A program made the translations under genes and the position numbers. A DNA stretch of 64,000 nt from Basidiobolus meristosporus CBS 931.73 (taxonomy: Eukaryota; Fungi; Basidiobolomycota): the NCBI GenBank assembly GCA_002104905.1, contig MCFE01000255.1, positions 48,689 through 112,688 on the forward strand, in the 5' to 3' direction. Position 1 is the first letter of the stretch. The number at the start of each line of letters is the position of its first letter. Shown piece by piece: positions 63,615 through 64,000 of the stretch. The notes under the pieces were generated by a model that ran no database searches, had not been told where the DNA came from, and worked only from the letters and a program-made list of their open reading frames with translations.

Positions 63615-64000
63615 CTTCTGTCTATGGAGAACTTAATCCCTAAGTAGTAACTGAGCTCTCTTAGATTGACATCTTGAACTCCTTAGATAGGCTGGATTTA
63701 GTCTCTTCCAATGTTTCTAGGTTATTGGCAGCTATAATAAGATAATCCACATATAGAGCTAATAGAACTGGACTTGCTCTATCTGGCTTATAGTATGTAC
63801 TATAGTCAGCATTACTGCTTTTGAAACTCAAAGATTCCAAATAAGAATCTATCTTGCAATTCCAGGCTCTTGGTGATTGTTTGAGACCATATAGTGACTT
63901 TTAAGCTTGCAGACAAAATGGGGGTTATCTTGGTCAGCAAACCCATCAGGCTGGTCCATATACACATCCTCATTAAGTATTTCATTCAAAAGTGCAGTTT

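Larger units (their letters stand above)
58295..64000 (-). mobile_element. Older inverted Copia pol fragment (58295-58935 and 63615-64000), split by copy C
   Basis: The RT frame is continuous across the insertion (GIKFSIDR|STQTI); runs off the window end. Confidence 0.88.

Overview
Eukaryotic, most likely fungal, genomic DNA: short 50-120 nt GT-AG introns, CTRAC branch points and a Ptc2/3-type phosphatase. The window has two sharply different compartments. (1) 1 to ~9.4 kb is gene-bearing with normal CpG content. It holds the 5' part of a signal-peptide protein, a 9-exon PP2C gene, a small uncharacterised multi-exon gene, and an intronless 415-aa protein built from hierarchical tandem repeats in which all 29 cysteines are Cys-Pro motifs (candidate multi-heme/metal-binding protein). 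(2) ~9.4-64 kb is a CpG-depleted nest of transposons. It contains three full-length but defective copies of one Ty1/Copia family plus solo LTRs and older fragments, a second Copia family, and a Ty3/Gypsy remnant. It also contains several copies of a CACTA/CMC DNA transposon with a divergent accessory ORF. Finally, there is a PIF/Harbinger-ISL2-type (PHIS) family with AGACTTGTTCC TIRs and 3-bp AWT TSDs, present as a full element, a double-ended composite and two MITEs. Many insertions can be bounded to the base by TSDs and by reading-frame restoration of the host element. No rRNA, tRNA or CRISPR features were seen. All family assignments come from motif recognition by eye; no database searches were run.
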